Counted from the first letter of the stretch, positions 20,090 to 29,110 are shown. The stretch: DNA of 64,000 nt from a candidate division WOR-3 bacterium (GCA_016867815.1 VGIR01000003.1:2495-66494); one strand, 5' to 3'. The notes: a model not told the origin generated them from the letters alone. A program made the numbers and translations.

Positions 20090-22038
20090 TTGGGTCCCTT
20101 CAGGTAGGCGAGGAGCGCGAACACGGCTGCCGGCGTGATGCCCGTCATGCGCTGCGCCATACCAACTGAGGCGGGCCGATTGCGGGCCAGTCTCTCTCGG
20201 ACTTCGTTTGAAAGTCCGGGTACGCGACCGAAGTCGAGTCTCTCGGGGATCGCGATGGACTCCAGTTCTGCAAACTGACCGAGCTGGCGCTTCATCCGTT
20301 CGATGTAGCCCTCGTATTTCACCTCAAGCTCCACCAGTTCGACAACCTGGTTGCCGAACTGACCGCCATTCGCCATTTGGGCCAGGTCAGTCCATGTCAC
20401 TTCGGGTCTGCGCAGGAGCTCAATGGCTGGGACCGATTCGGCAATCGGCGTTGTGCCGAGCGCCTTGAGTTTCCTGTTGGCTCTGGGCGTGGCCCTGATA
20501 CGGGCCGAGGTGAGCCACTTCGTCGCCTCGTCACACTGGTGCTGTTTCTCCTGAATGCGGCTGTACTGCTTCCCCGTGAGCAGGCCGAGTTCGTATGCGC
20601 GCGGACCGAGGCGCAGGTCGGCGTTGTCTTCACGCAGGAGCAGGCGATACTCGACTCGGGCAGTGAACATCCGGTACGGCTCGTCCGTGCCCTTGGTGAC
20701 GAGGTCGTCAATCATCACCCCGATGTACGAGTCGGCGCGGGTCAGAACGAGTGGCGGTTTCTCCAGCACGCGCAGCGCGGCATTGGCGCCCGCGACAAGC
20801 CCCTGGGCCGCGGCTTCCTCGTACCCGGTGGTGCCGTTTATCTGTCCGGCAAAGTAGAGATTGCGGATGGGGCGGGTTTCGAGTGTAGGGTAGAGCTGGG
20901 TCGGGTCAGAATAGTCGTGCTCGATGGCGTAACCCGGCCTGAGCATCCGGCAATCCTCAAGCCCTTTGATAGAATGGAGCATCCGAAGCTGCAGGTGGAC
21001 CGGTAGGCTCGTCGAGATGCCGTTCGGGTAGCATTCGACCGTGTCCGTGCCTTCGGGTTCGATGAAGATGTGATGACGGTCGCGGTCAGAGAACTTCACG
21101 ACCTTGTCCTCAATGGATGGGCAGTACCTGACGCCTTGCCCCTTGATGACGCCCGAGTAGAGCGGAGACTGCTTCAGGCCCGCACGGACGATGCGGTGCG
21201 TAGTCGGGTTCGTATAGGTGACGTAGCAGCTTGTCTGGTTCTGCGGTGGAGCGTCGGTCCAGTCCGAGAACGGAACCGGCGGCTCATCACCATCCTGCCG
21301 GATCATAGCCTTCAGGTCCAGCGACCGCATGTCCAGCCGCGCCGGTGTACCGGTCTTGAACCGACCGATACTGAATCCCAGTTCGCGCAGGTTCGCGCCC
21401 AGCCTCTGTGCCGGCGCCTCGCCCAGGCGGCCGGCCGGAAAGCTGGTGAGCCCGATATGGACGAGACCGTTCAGGAACGTGCCCGGCGCGAGCACGACTG
21501 TCTTCGCCCGCAACTGCTCTCCCAGCTCCGTCTCGACCCCCACGCACGTCCTGCCCTTCACCAATACTCTCGCCACCGTGCCTTGGTGCAAAAGAGGTCT
21601 GCCCGCCCCTTTGGTTCGGTTCGTCCTTCTGTGTGTCTCCGGCGCTCTGGATTCTGGACTCTCGTCTCTGAATTCTGGACTATCCTCTCCCGATGTCCCT
21701 TCCAGCAGTTGCTTGACCAACCTGCGATACAGCTGTCTATCCACCTGCGCCCGCGACGACCGCACCGCCCGTCCCTTGCTCGTGTTCAGTTGGCGGAAGT
21801 GGATGCCGGCTCTGTCAGTCAGTTGCCCCATCGCACCGCCCATGGCGTCCAGTTCGCGCACCAGTTGTCCCTTGCCGATGCCGCCGACCGCGGGGTTGCA
21901 TGACATCAGGCCGATGGTGTCGAGGTTCTGGGTTACGAGCAGAGTCGAGCAGCCCATCCGGGCCGCGGCCAGCGTCGCCTCGACGCCGGCATGCCCGGCC
22001 CCGACTACTACCACGTCATACGTTTCCTGGTGCTTCAA
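20086..22038 (-). CDS. mnmG: tRNA uridine-5-carboxymethylaminomethyl synthesis enzyme MnmG/GidA, with a ~30-aa repeat-derived insertion
   Basis: [55 protein letters not shown]. Confidence 0.97.
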   Translation of the reverse strand: MKHQETYDVVVVGAGHAGVEATLAAARMGCSTLLVTQNLDTIGLMSCNPAVGGIGKGQLVRELDAMGGAMGQLTDRAGIHFRQLNTSKGRAVRSSRAQVDRQLYRRLVKQLLEGTSGEDSPEFRDESPESRAPETHRRTNRTKGAGRPLLHQGTVARVLVKGRTCVGVETELGEQLRAKTVVLAPGTFLNGLVHIGLTSFPAGRLGEAPAQRLGANLRELGFSIGRFKTGTPARLDMRSLDLKAMIRQDGDEPPVPFSDWTDAPPQNQTSCYVTYTNPTTHRIVRAGLKQSPLYSGVIKGQGVRYCPSIEDKVVKFSDRDRHHIFIEPEGTDTVECYPNGISTSLPVHLQLRMLHSIKGLEDCRMLRPGYAIEHDYSDPTQLYPTLETRPIRNLYFAGQINGTTGYEEAAAQGLVAGANAALRVLEKPPLVLTRADSYIGVMIDDLVTKGTDEPYRMFTARVEYRLLLREDNADLRLGPRAYELGLLTGKQYSRIQEKQHQCDEATKWLTSARIRATPRANRKLKALGTTPIAESVPAIELLRRPEVTWTDLAQMANGGQFGNQVVELVELEVKYEGYIERMKRQLGQFAELESIAIPERLDFGRVPGLSNEVRERLARNRPASVGMAQRMTGITPAAVFALLAYLKGPK

Positions 22039-22119
22039 GGTCGAGGTGATTCTAAGTGCTTGGGTGTCTGAGTCAACGCAGCCGCACGATATTGACTTTC
22101 TCTACCAGCAAGTTACAGT
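21967..22119. repeat. Cassette boundary copy 1: live mnmG 5' end, mnmG promoter and divergent cargo promoter
   Basis: Minus strand TTGACT-N16-TAGAAT before the mnmG TTG start; plus strand TTGACT(22092)-N16-TACAGT. Confidence 0.85.
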
Positions 22120-22128
22120 GACTGCGAG

Positions 22129-22449
22129 ATGACGTCCAAAGTCGGACAGGTGCTTGCCGAACTCCGCGCTAGACTGCGAGAGCTGTACGGCGAACGGCTG
22201 GTGAGGCTTGTGCTGTTCGGCTCGCAGGCACGCGGCGACGCCCGGCCGGATTCAGACATAGACGTAGTGGTCGTGCTTCGAGGAGACGTCGATGTCGAGG
22301 TGGAGCGGCGGCGTGTGCTGCCGATCACGGCTGAGTTGTCGCTGGAGCACAATGTCGTAATCCTTTGCGTGTACCTGTCGGAGCGTCGCTTCGGTCAGGA
22401 ACAGAGTCTGCTGCTCCGTAACGTTCGAACGGAAGGCATCGCGGTGTGA
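22129..22449 (+). CDS. Minimal nucleotidyltransferase (MNT) antitoxin
   Basis: LFGSQARGDARPDSDIDV motif. Confidence 0.9.
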   Translation: MTSKVGQVLAELRARLRELYGERLVRLVLFGSQARGDARPDSDIDVVVVLRGDVDVEVERRRVLPITAELSLEHNVVILCVYLSERRFGQEQSLLLRNVRTEGIAV

Positions 22450-22841
22450 ACGAACAGCAGAGAGCGCTGCTGGCGAAGGCGCGTGAGAGCCTGGACGTTG
22501 CCCGCGAGATTGACGCTCGCGGGAGCCATGGATTTGCCGCGTCGCGTGCCTACTACGCCATGTTCTACGTGGTCGAAGCGCTGCTGCTCGACGACGGGCT
22601 TGAGTATGGCAGTCACTCGGCGCTCATCGCTGCCTTCGGCGAGAGATTCCAGAAACCAGGTCGTGTCCCCGCGGGTTTCCATCGGATGTTGCTGGACGCG
22701 GCGGAATGTCGGCAACTCGGTGACTACGAGGTCAACGTTGAGGTCAGCGCAGGCATGGCGGGCGAGCAGATAGCGAACGCTCAGCGGTTCGTCGACCTCG
22801 CGCAGGGAATGCTCGGCTCGTCAACCGAGAACGCGCGCTAG
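22446..22841 (+). CDS. HEPN domain protein (UPF0332-like)
   Basis: ASRAYYAMFY, SHSALIAAFG, RQLGDY; GTGA overlap with MNT. Confidence 0.85.
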   Translation: MNEQQRALLAKARESLDVAREIDARGSHGFAASRAYYAMFYVVEALLLDDGLEYGSHSALIAAFGERFQKPGRVPAGFHRMLLDAAECRQLGDYEVNVEVSAGMAGEQIANAQRFVDLAQGMLGSSTENAR

Positions 22842-22845
22842 AACG

Positions 22846-22949
22846 GGCCAGCGCCGCCTCGACGCCGGCATGCCCGGCCCCGACCACGATCACGTCATAT
22901 GCCTGCTGCATCGTCCCGCTGATTCTAGATGTTCAGACATGCGAGTCAA
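22846..22949 (-). pseudogene. mnmG 5' remnant copy 2 with promoter
   Basis: Reads [22 protein letters not shown] from ATG 22911; TTGACT-N16-TAGAAT upstream. Confidence 0.9.
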
Positions 22950-23044
22950 ACCGGCGACGGCGGAGACGCCCAAGGCCCCAAGTGTCTCCGGCGGCCTTCG
23001 CTTTGACTTGACTCCATGACGCAGTATGATGTCCGCAGCGAATC

Positions 23045-23323
23045 ATGATAGCCAAGAAGGACCGAGACACGATTGCCGAGGTCGCACGCGAGTACGGCGC
23101 GGCCAAGGTCGTGCTGTTCGGCTCGGCAACCTCCGAAGACCGCGAACCAAACGACATCGACTTGGGCGTCAAGGGGATCGAGTCGAGGCTCTTCTTCCGG
23201 TTCTATGGCGAGTTGATGATGCGCCTATCCAAGCCCGTAGACGTCATTGATCTTTCGGTCCGTTCCCGATTCGTGGAGCTGGTCGAGCGCGACGGCGTTG
23301 TGCTATATGCCTCAACTTCGTGA
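23045..23323 (+). CDS. Minimal nucleotidyltransferase (MNT) antitoxin
   Basis: LFGSATS...NDIDLGV, KPVDVIDL; promoter TTGACT(23003)-N16-TATGAT. Confidence 0.88.
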   Translation: MIAKKDRDTIAEVAREYGAAKVVLFGSATSEDREPNDIDLGVKGIESRLFFRFYGELMMRLSKPVDVIDLSVRSRFVELVERDGVVLYASTS

Positions 23324-23729
23324 GCGTCTACTGGCCGAAAAGGAGAACGTCGAGCTTGCGCTGACCAATCTCAGTTGTGCGATGGCGCGCACGGACCGGA
23401 CAGTCGTGGAGTTGACGGCTGCGGCGAGCTTCATCAGCAGCGTCTACAACGGAATAGAGAACATGCTGAAGCAGATACTCGCAGACCGCTCAATTGACAT
23501 ACCAAAGTCCGGCATGTGGCATCAGGAGTTGCTCAAACGCTCCGTCGCTGCTGAGGTCGTTTCGCCCGAGCTGGCGCAGGAGCTCAAGGAGTACCTGGGC
23601 TTCCGTCACTTCTTTGTCCATGGCTACGGTTTCATGGTGACCGAGTCGCCTCTTCAGGACTTGGCTTCGCGGCTGCCCGACGTCTGGGCGCGGTTCATGT
23701 CCGAGATCGGCCACGCCCTGGGCGACTAG
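23307..23729 (+). CDS. HepT-like HEPN ribonuclease toxin
   Basis: YNGIEN, WHQELL, RHFFVHGY (RX4H); start ATG 23307. Confidence 0.85.
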   Translation: MPQLRERLLAEKENVELALTNLSCAMARTDRTVVELTAAASFISSVYNGIENMLKQILADRSIDIPKSGMWHQELLKRSVAAEVVSPELAQELKEYLGFRHFFVHGYGFMVTESPLQDLASRLPDVWARFMSEIGHALGD

Positions 23730-23879
23730 CCAGCGCCGCCTCGACGCCGGCATGTCCGGCCCCGACCACAATCACATCACACGTCTGCTCGCGCTTCATT
23801 GTCCCGCTGATTCTAGGTATTCACAGGCCTGAGTCAAACCGCCGCTCAGCTTGACTTTGGTGGGAGTCGGATGCACAAT
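23729..23879 (-). pseudogene. mnmG 5' remnant copy 3 with back-to-back promoters
   Basis: Reads [24 protein letters not shown] from ATG 23799; minus TTGACT-N16-TAGAAT; plus TTGACT-N17-CACAAT. Confidence 0.9.
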
Positions 23880-23884
23880 GCCAC

Positions 23885-24733
23885 GTGGAGACACGTGAAG
23901 CCGCTACCGACCTCTGGAGGGAGAACGACTACACGATGGCCGCCGTTGCCTACTTTGACATGTTCGGCTTCTCTGTCTACCTGCGGAGGAGCGACACGAA
24001 GATCCGCGACGTGCTGACTTGGCTTGATGAGCTGGACCGAGAGACGGACGAGGGGCTCAAACGACGCCACTGCGCATCACAACTCAAGTCGGCTGTCTTC
24101 TCAGACTGCATGGTACGTGCTCTTCCGGTAGGTATCAGCGCGGCAACTTCTGTAGAAACGCTCCTGCTGGATGCTATCCGTGTTCAGAGGCGGTTGACTG
24201 CCACCGTGTGGACACGAAAGGACCAGGAGTTTCATCGGCCTGAGCTTCCGGTGCGAGGCGGCATCAATGTCGGGCAGCTCTACTGGGGCGGACGGCACGT
24301 CTTTGGAGAAGCGCTCGTGGAGGCCGTTGACCTTGAGAAGAAGATGGCGGTCTGGCCGCGCGTGGTCGTGGACCTCGACGTTGAGCTGGACCAGGTTGAT
24401 GAGTGGAGGTACCCGCCGGGTTTCACCGACTTCTTCGCTTGTGGAATTGACGGGTTTCCGCTGCTTCTAGAAGACAACGGGGTCAGATATCTGAACTACC
24501 TCGCGCCTATACAGACGGAGTTTGGCGAGTGGAGTGACATGCAGTTCTACAACAAGTACCTGCGCGACCACAAGTCACTGATCCTCAAGTTCCGTGAATC
24601 CGTCCAGAGGTCCAGCCAGATGATGTGCATCGAGGGCTGGGCGGAGTATCACAACTCTGTCGTGCGACACCTCAAAGAAGACAGACATGCGTCGAGCTAC
24701 TTGAGCAAGAAGGAGCTACTCGTCGATCTGTGA
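23885..24733 (+). CDS. Class III nucleotidyl cyclase-like hypothetical protein
   Basis: AYFDMFGFS, FSDCMV, VRGGINVG, VFGEALVEAVDLE, WPRVV match the adenylate/guanylate cyclase fold pattern. Confidence 0.55.
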   Translation: METREAATDLWRENDYTMAAVAYFDMFGFSVYLRRSDTKIRDVLTWLDELDRETDEGLKRRHCASQLKSAVFSDCMVRALPVGISAATSVETLLLDAIRVQRRLTATVWTRKDQEFHRPELPVRGGINVGQLYWGGRHVFGEALVEAVDLEKKMAVWPRVVVDLDVELDQVDEWRYPPGFTDFFACGIDGFPLLLEDNGVRYLNYLAPIQTEFGEWSDMQFYNKYLRDHKSLILKFRESVQRSSQMMCIEGWAEYHNSVVRHLKEDRHASSYLSKKELLVDL

Positions 24734-24753
24734 AAGAGGAAGGGAGCAAGCAT

Positions 24754-25827
24754 ATGAGGACTGCGTATCTGGCTGTGATAGCCGTGACAGCGCTGCTGGC
24801 GCTGCTTTCCTGCGACCAACAAGCCGAGCACGCCGGCCTATTCCCGGTGAGGGTCAGTGGGAAGTGGGGCTACATCGACAAGAGCGGCGCGATGGTCATC
24901 GACACCCTGTTTGATGAAGCGAGGGACTTCTCCGATGGCCTGGCGTTGGTACGCAAGGGCGGCAAGTATGACTACATAGACGTTACTGGCAAGCTGGTAA
25001 CCGATCTGCAGTTCGAGAACTGCTACTACTCGGACTTTACTGACGGGCTAGCGGCCGTCATTGTGTCCGTCTCGGACAGCCTCCATCAGTCGCAAACATG
25101 TGGCTACATTGACAAGACGGGCAGCCTTGCCATCGACACTGTGTTCTTGTACGGCCACCCTTTCACTGAGGGTTATGCAGCGGTGCTTGTCGACCAGTCC
25201 CTGTGGAGGTGGGGGTACATAGACAAGACCGGCAGGTTCGTCATAGCCGCGCAGTTCAGTGGCGCGGAGTCCTTCTCCGAGGGGCTGGCTGCCGTACTCG
25301 TCGGCGGGTGGAGCGACGGCAGGTATGGCTTCATCGACAAGACAGGCAGGCTCGTCATCAACCCTCAGTTCAGCCAAGTTGGCGATTTCTCCGAGGGCTT
25401 CGCGCCGGTTTGCGTCGCCGTTGGCGACTCCTTCAAGTGGGGCTTTGTCGGCAAGACCGGAAAGCTAGTCATCGATCCGCAGTTCGGGTACGCGTTTCCT
25501 TTCTCTGAGGGCTTGGCCGCGGTGATTGTCGGCGACTACAATACGGGGAAGGGCGGTTTCATCGACAAGACGGGCAAGCTCGTCGTCAGCCCGCAGTTTG
25601 ACTTCTATGGGAATGTCCCCGGTCCATACTCTGAGGGTCTCGCGGCAGTGATGGTCGGCGGACTATGGGGCTACATTGACCAAGCTGGAAGGTACGTGGT
25701 GAACCCTCAGTTCCTCGAAGCCCAGCCTTTTTCCGGTGGACTGGCGCGGGTCTGTACGGACTGGAGCGGGCCTACGCTCGGCTACATAGACAAGACGGGG
25801 AAGTACGTGTGGACGCCGACGAAGTAG
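24754..25827 (+). CDS. WG repeat lipoprotein
   Basis: Lipobox LLSC; ~8 repeats of FSEGLAAV...WGYIDKTG. Confidence 0.9.
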   Translation: MRTAYLAVIAVTALLALLSCDQQAEHAGLFPVRVSGKWGYIDKSGAMVIDTLFDEARDFSDGLALVRKGGKYDYIDVTGKLVTDLQFENCYYSDFTDGLAAVIVSVSDSLHQSQTCGYIDKTGSLAIDTVFLYGHPFTEGYAAVLVDQSLWRWGYIDKTGRFVIAAQFSGAESFSEGLAAVLVGGWSDGRYGFIDKTGRLVINPQFSQVGDFSEGFAPVCVAVGDSFKWGFVGKTGKLVIDPQFGYAFPFSEGLAAVIVGDYNTGKGGFIDKTGKLVVSPQFDFYGNVPGPYSEGLAAVMVGGLWGYIDQAGRYVVNPQFLEAQPFSGGLARVCTDWSGPTLGYIDKTGKYVWTPTK

Positions 25828-26012
25828 GGCAAGATGGCTCCCAGCGCTAGTGCAGGCGGCGTCACTGGCTGAGATGGGCGGCCCAATGCATCCATGGTGC
25901 TCGCACCTGAGCGGAGTCTTCAACCGGTCGGTTATGGCTGAGGACCGTAGGCAGAAGCGCTGGACGTGAGTCTGTCGCTCCGAGACTTGAATGCCCTCGA
26001 CGGACGCCAAGC

Positions 26013-26930
26013 ATGAGCAAGGTGTTTGCGGAGACATCAACTCCGCCGGTTGCTGGTAAAGCCGTGTGCTGTGTCATTGGTCCAGTGGGCGACCCTGGCA
26101 CGCCCGTCCGCCTGCGTGCCGACTTGGTCTTCGAGCGAATCTTCTCGCCTGCTGCGGATCATTGCGGGTTCTCCGCGTGGCGCGCGGACCGCAGCGTTCT
26201 CCCCGGTCGCATACCTGACGAAGTGCTCCACCACCTGTATGACGACCCCGTCGTGATAGCAGACCTGACGGGGAACAACGGCAGTGTGGCCTACGAACTT
26301 GCAGTCCGCGACTTCTACGGCAAGCCGACCGTTGCTGTCATCGACGAGGGACAGCGCATTCCGTTCTACCAGTCTCAAGTCCGCGTGATCAGGATCAGTC
26401 ATCTGACTGAAGAGGCGATCGAGCGTAGCGTTGCCTCCGTCTCAGCATCGATTGGTGACGCAGTGCGTGCCGCTGTCGTGGCAGACAGCCCGTTCGCAGA
26501 GGCGGTCAGGCTGCGCGACACCCGGCTGAGCGGAGCCGAGGCCAAAGGCGTGTACCTCTATTGCGTAGACCTCGACCTTCATCGCCAGATTCGGGATTTT
26601 CTTGCAGGCCACGGGGTGGCGATTGTCGCGAGGGATGAGCGGCAGGGTCGATTGGGGGGCACTCCAGCGCTGATGCGTGAGATTTGCTGCCAGGCGGCCG
26701 CGGCCGTTGTCGTAATGCGCCGCGACGCGAGAGGTCAGCCGCTGTCTGACACTGACTACGTGCTGGGGGCGGCACAGGCAGCATTCGGCATGGACCGCGT
26801 GATCGCCATGCTGGAGGTGGGCGCAGGATGGCAGGGCCACCTCGCTGGGTACTGGCATGGCTTCCGCAGAGACCCGCTCGACCTCAGCAGCCTCAGGCTT
26901 CGCCTGCTGGAGATGGGACTGGTGAAGTGA
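26013..26930 (+). CDS. Nucleoside 2-deoxyribosyltransferase-like domain fused to a degenerate TIR-like domain
   Basis: N-terminal CVIGP...RAD...IADLTGNNGSVAYELAVR; C-terminal pattern resembles CAP12/Pycsar-type TIR (LG...FG.DRVI.L.E). Confidence 0.55.
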   Translation: MSKVFAETSTPPVAGKAVCCVIGPVGDPGTPVRLRADLVFERIFSPAADHCGFSAWRADRSVLPGRIPDEVLHHLYDDPVVIADLTGNNGSVAYELAVRDFYGKPTVAVIDEGQRIPFYQSQVRVIRISHLTEEAIERSVASVSASIGDAVRAAVVADSPFAEAVRLRDTRLSGAEAKGVYLYCVDLDLHRQIRDFLAGHGVAIVARDERQGRLGGTPALMREICCQAAAAVVVMRRDARGQPLSDTDYVLGAAQAAFGMDRVIAMLEVGAGWQGHLAGYWHGFRRDPLDLSSLRLRLLEMGLVK

Positions 26931-26981
26931 GGCGGGCCATCCGGTCGCCCGCCGCTATCGTTCGTTCGTTAGCGACTCACC

Positions 26982-27128
26982 GCGCCGCTTCGACGCCGGC
27001 ATGCCCGGCCCCGACGACAATCACATCATACGTCTGCTTGCGCTTCATGGACTCGCTGATTCTAGGAGTTCGCAGGCCTGATTCAGACCGCCGCGCGGCT
27101 TGACTTCTCGGAGAATCTGATTCACAAT
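26982..27128 (-). pseudogene. mnmG 5' remnant copy 4 with decayed promoter
   Basis: Reads [23 protein letters not shown] from ATG 27048; -35 decayed to CTGAAT; plus TTGACT-N17-CACAAT. Confidence 0.88.
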
Positions 27129-27237
27129 GCCGAGTGGCAAGATGCTACGCTTCTTCCGGCTGCTGGTCTGTGCCAGAGTCGGAAATGTGCGAATGGCGGG
27201 CATCCCACACTGCCGCAACCGTGGGAGGCGCCAGACG

Positions 27238-27645
27238 ATGAGACGCGTATACAGATTGAACGGTGCACAGGTGGGAGTCCTCTGCGGAATCACGGCAGTA
27301 GTGTCATTCCTGATAATCTGGGGTGGTACCGGGTCTACGCAGTTCTACAAGTATCAGACTGAGGACGACGTGTGGACAGCAACCGTTCTCGCCAGCTCCG
27401 TCGGTGGCTTCAAGGGGTTGTGGGACTCGGGGACCCGCAACTACTGCACGTATCTCGACTGTAGCGACGGACAGACACGCAAGTTCTACCTCACGCGCTC
27501 CATCAACCATTACTTTCTGGATTCCGAGAAGCACCCTCTTGAACGAATCGCGCTTGTGGTCGTGCTGGTTGGAGTCATGCTCATCTACACGCTGGGATGG
27601 GCAGTCCAACGCAGACTGCGGGATGACTCAGTTGTTGCTAGGTGA
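27238..27645 (+). CDS. Hypothetical two-TM membrane protein
   Basis: GGGAGG RBS before ATG 27238; two hydrophobic segments. Confidence 0.5.
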   Translation: MRRVYRLNGAQVGVLCGITAVVSFLIIWGGTGSTQFYKYQTEDDVWTATVLASSVGGFKGLWDSGTRNYCTYLDCSDGQTRKFYLTRSINHYFLDSEKHPLERIALVVVLVGVMLIYTLGWAVQRRLRDDSVVAR

Positions 27646-27671
27646 AGCGTGTTATCAAGGAGGCAGTTCCT

Positions 27672-28199
27672 ATGAAGTCACGTCACAGCGGCCCGGCTAT
27701 TCTGGTGCTGGTTCTTGTATCGCTGGCGGGAGGGCAGAGCCTAACGGAGGTACTGACCGTGGAGGTCGAAGGACAGACCTATGGCGCGGCGTGGCTCGGT
27801 CCGGGTGCTTTTGGCGGCGTGACGGGCCTCGTCTCGACTGGGCAGACCAAGATATGGAAGGGATTTCGGGGCGGCCTGCCTGTATCCGAGGCCGAGTTCT
27901 ACCGCACGGCTGGCTACAACGACATCGCGGAGAAGGCCGAGTCGAGAAAGGGCACAAGCGACTGCCTGACGTGGGGCGGACTCGGCACATGCATTGCAGG
28001 ACTCGCATTGCTGGTCGTAGCCGCCGTCAAGGTGGGTGAATCGGGTGAGGGTCAGCCGGGCCTAGCTATCGCCGGAGTGGGCGGCGCTCTCGGAGGACTG
28101 ACCGTGGAGTTGATAGGTGTCTCGATGCGGGGTCATCTGACGCCAGCCAGCTTCGCGGTCCGCGTCGCCGAGGAATACAACGATCGCCTCAGGCGGTAG
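27672..28199 (+). CDS. Hypothetical exported/membrane protein
   Basis: AAGGAGG RBS; signal peptide and two Gly-rich TM helices. Confidence 0.6.
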   Translation: MKSRHSGPAILVLVLVSLAGGQSLTEVLTVEVEGQTYGAAWLGPGAFGGVTGLVSTGQTKIWKGFRGGLPVSEAEFYRTAGYNDIAEKAESRKGTSDCLTWGGLGTCIAGLALLVVAAVKVGESGEGQPGLAIAGVGGALGGLTVELIGVSMRGHLTPASFAVRVAEEYNDRLRR

Positions 28200-28215
28200 G
28201 TAGGCTGGACTGGCA

Positions 28216-28836
28216 ATGACCTCAGACACCGGGTACTGGCTCTGCAGTGCCGTCGCGCAGTCCTTTGCTGCCCTAACCGCGCTGACCGGCCTCTTCGCAG
28301 TGTACAAGCTGCAGACGCTTCGAGGGAACAAAGAGGGTATCCTCTATCGGTTCTTGATCGAACTCGAGAAGACCCGTGCAGAGCTCAACAGACTCGCGCA
28401 GGGTGTTGCGCGTCAGTGGATCGACTCGGTCCCCGATGCCGTTGTTCCCATCACGGGTGAGCACGGATGGAAACAAGTCGTGAAGTCCTACCGGGACGAG
28501 TATGAGGTCCGCCTCGGCGAGGTGGCTAGGGGATGCGGGCCGTCTAATGAGGAGCAGTGGGTCAGCAACAGGCGGGAGTTCTTCAGCGAGTTGATCCGGC
28601 AGCATGACAACACAACCAACCAGCAGAACGGCTGCAGCAAATGGGCGAAGGCAATGACGCTGGCTGACGGAATTATCACCTTGTTCTCGCTTGTCCTGAT
28701 CCTGGGAGTGCCCTATCTTGGGTCTACGCTGCCCGTCAGCTTGGTCGTGCTGCTTGTTCTTGCGGGCTTCGCTCTCGGACTGACTCTCTTCGCGTGTGTG
28801 AAGATACTTGCCATCGGAGAGTTGACGGACTCGTGA
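28216..28836 (+). CDS. Hypothetical membrane protein (1+2 TM)
   Basis: SAVAQSFAALTALTG N-terminal TM, helical middle, two C-terminal TMs. Confidence 0.6.
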   Translation: MTSDTGYWLCSAVAQSFAALTALTGLFAVYKLQTLRGNKEGILYRFLIELEKTRAELNRLAQGVARQWIDSVPDAVVPITGEHGWKQVVKSYRDEYEVRLGEVARGCGPSNEEQWVSNRREFFSELIRQHDNTTNQQNGCSKWAKAMTLADGIITLFSLVLILGVPYLGSTLPVSLVVLLVLAGFALGLTLFACVKILAIGELTDS

Positions 28837-29046
28837 CCAGGTAGCCACCAGTTCCGCTGCTGCCCGACTTCACACGCTGCACGCAGCTCAGTTGCCAGTG
28901 GTCCGATTGCGCCCCGGATCTCTGGTGACACCCGGGCGGGCACCGCGCTTGGGGATGTTGTTCTCGGAGAGCGATGACCAATTCTGCGAGCCGGTGGAGG
29001 AGAGCCTGGTCGATGTGCGGTTGCTGGTGACCGTTCAGGTTTTCCG

Positions 29047-29110
29047 CCCAAGCGCAAGCTCAAGCACAAGCCGGGCAAGAGCCGCAAGCCTCAAGCCACA
29101 AGCTTCAAGC
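29047..29110 (+). repeat. (CAAGCN)n hexamer and (CAAGCNN)n heptamer tract
   Basis: cccaagcgcaagctcaagcacaagc ... gccgcaagcctcaagccacaagcttcaagc. Confidence 0.85.

Noticed and set aside
24754..25827. DNA repeats in the WG gene (also 55626-57083 and 49281-51542)
   Set aside because: Explained by protein repeat domains.
21967..28900. Classical integron
   Set aside because: No intI and no attC with RYYYAAC/GTTRRRY ends found; the boundaries are mnmG-derived and the cassettes have their own promoters.
28940..29045. Possible gene fragment on the minus strand (HIDQALLHRLAELVIALREQHP)
   Set aside because: Too short, and I cannot match it to any family.
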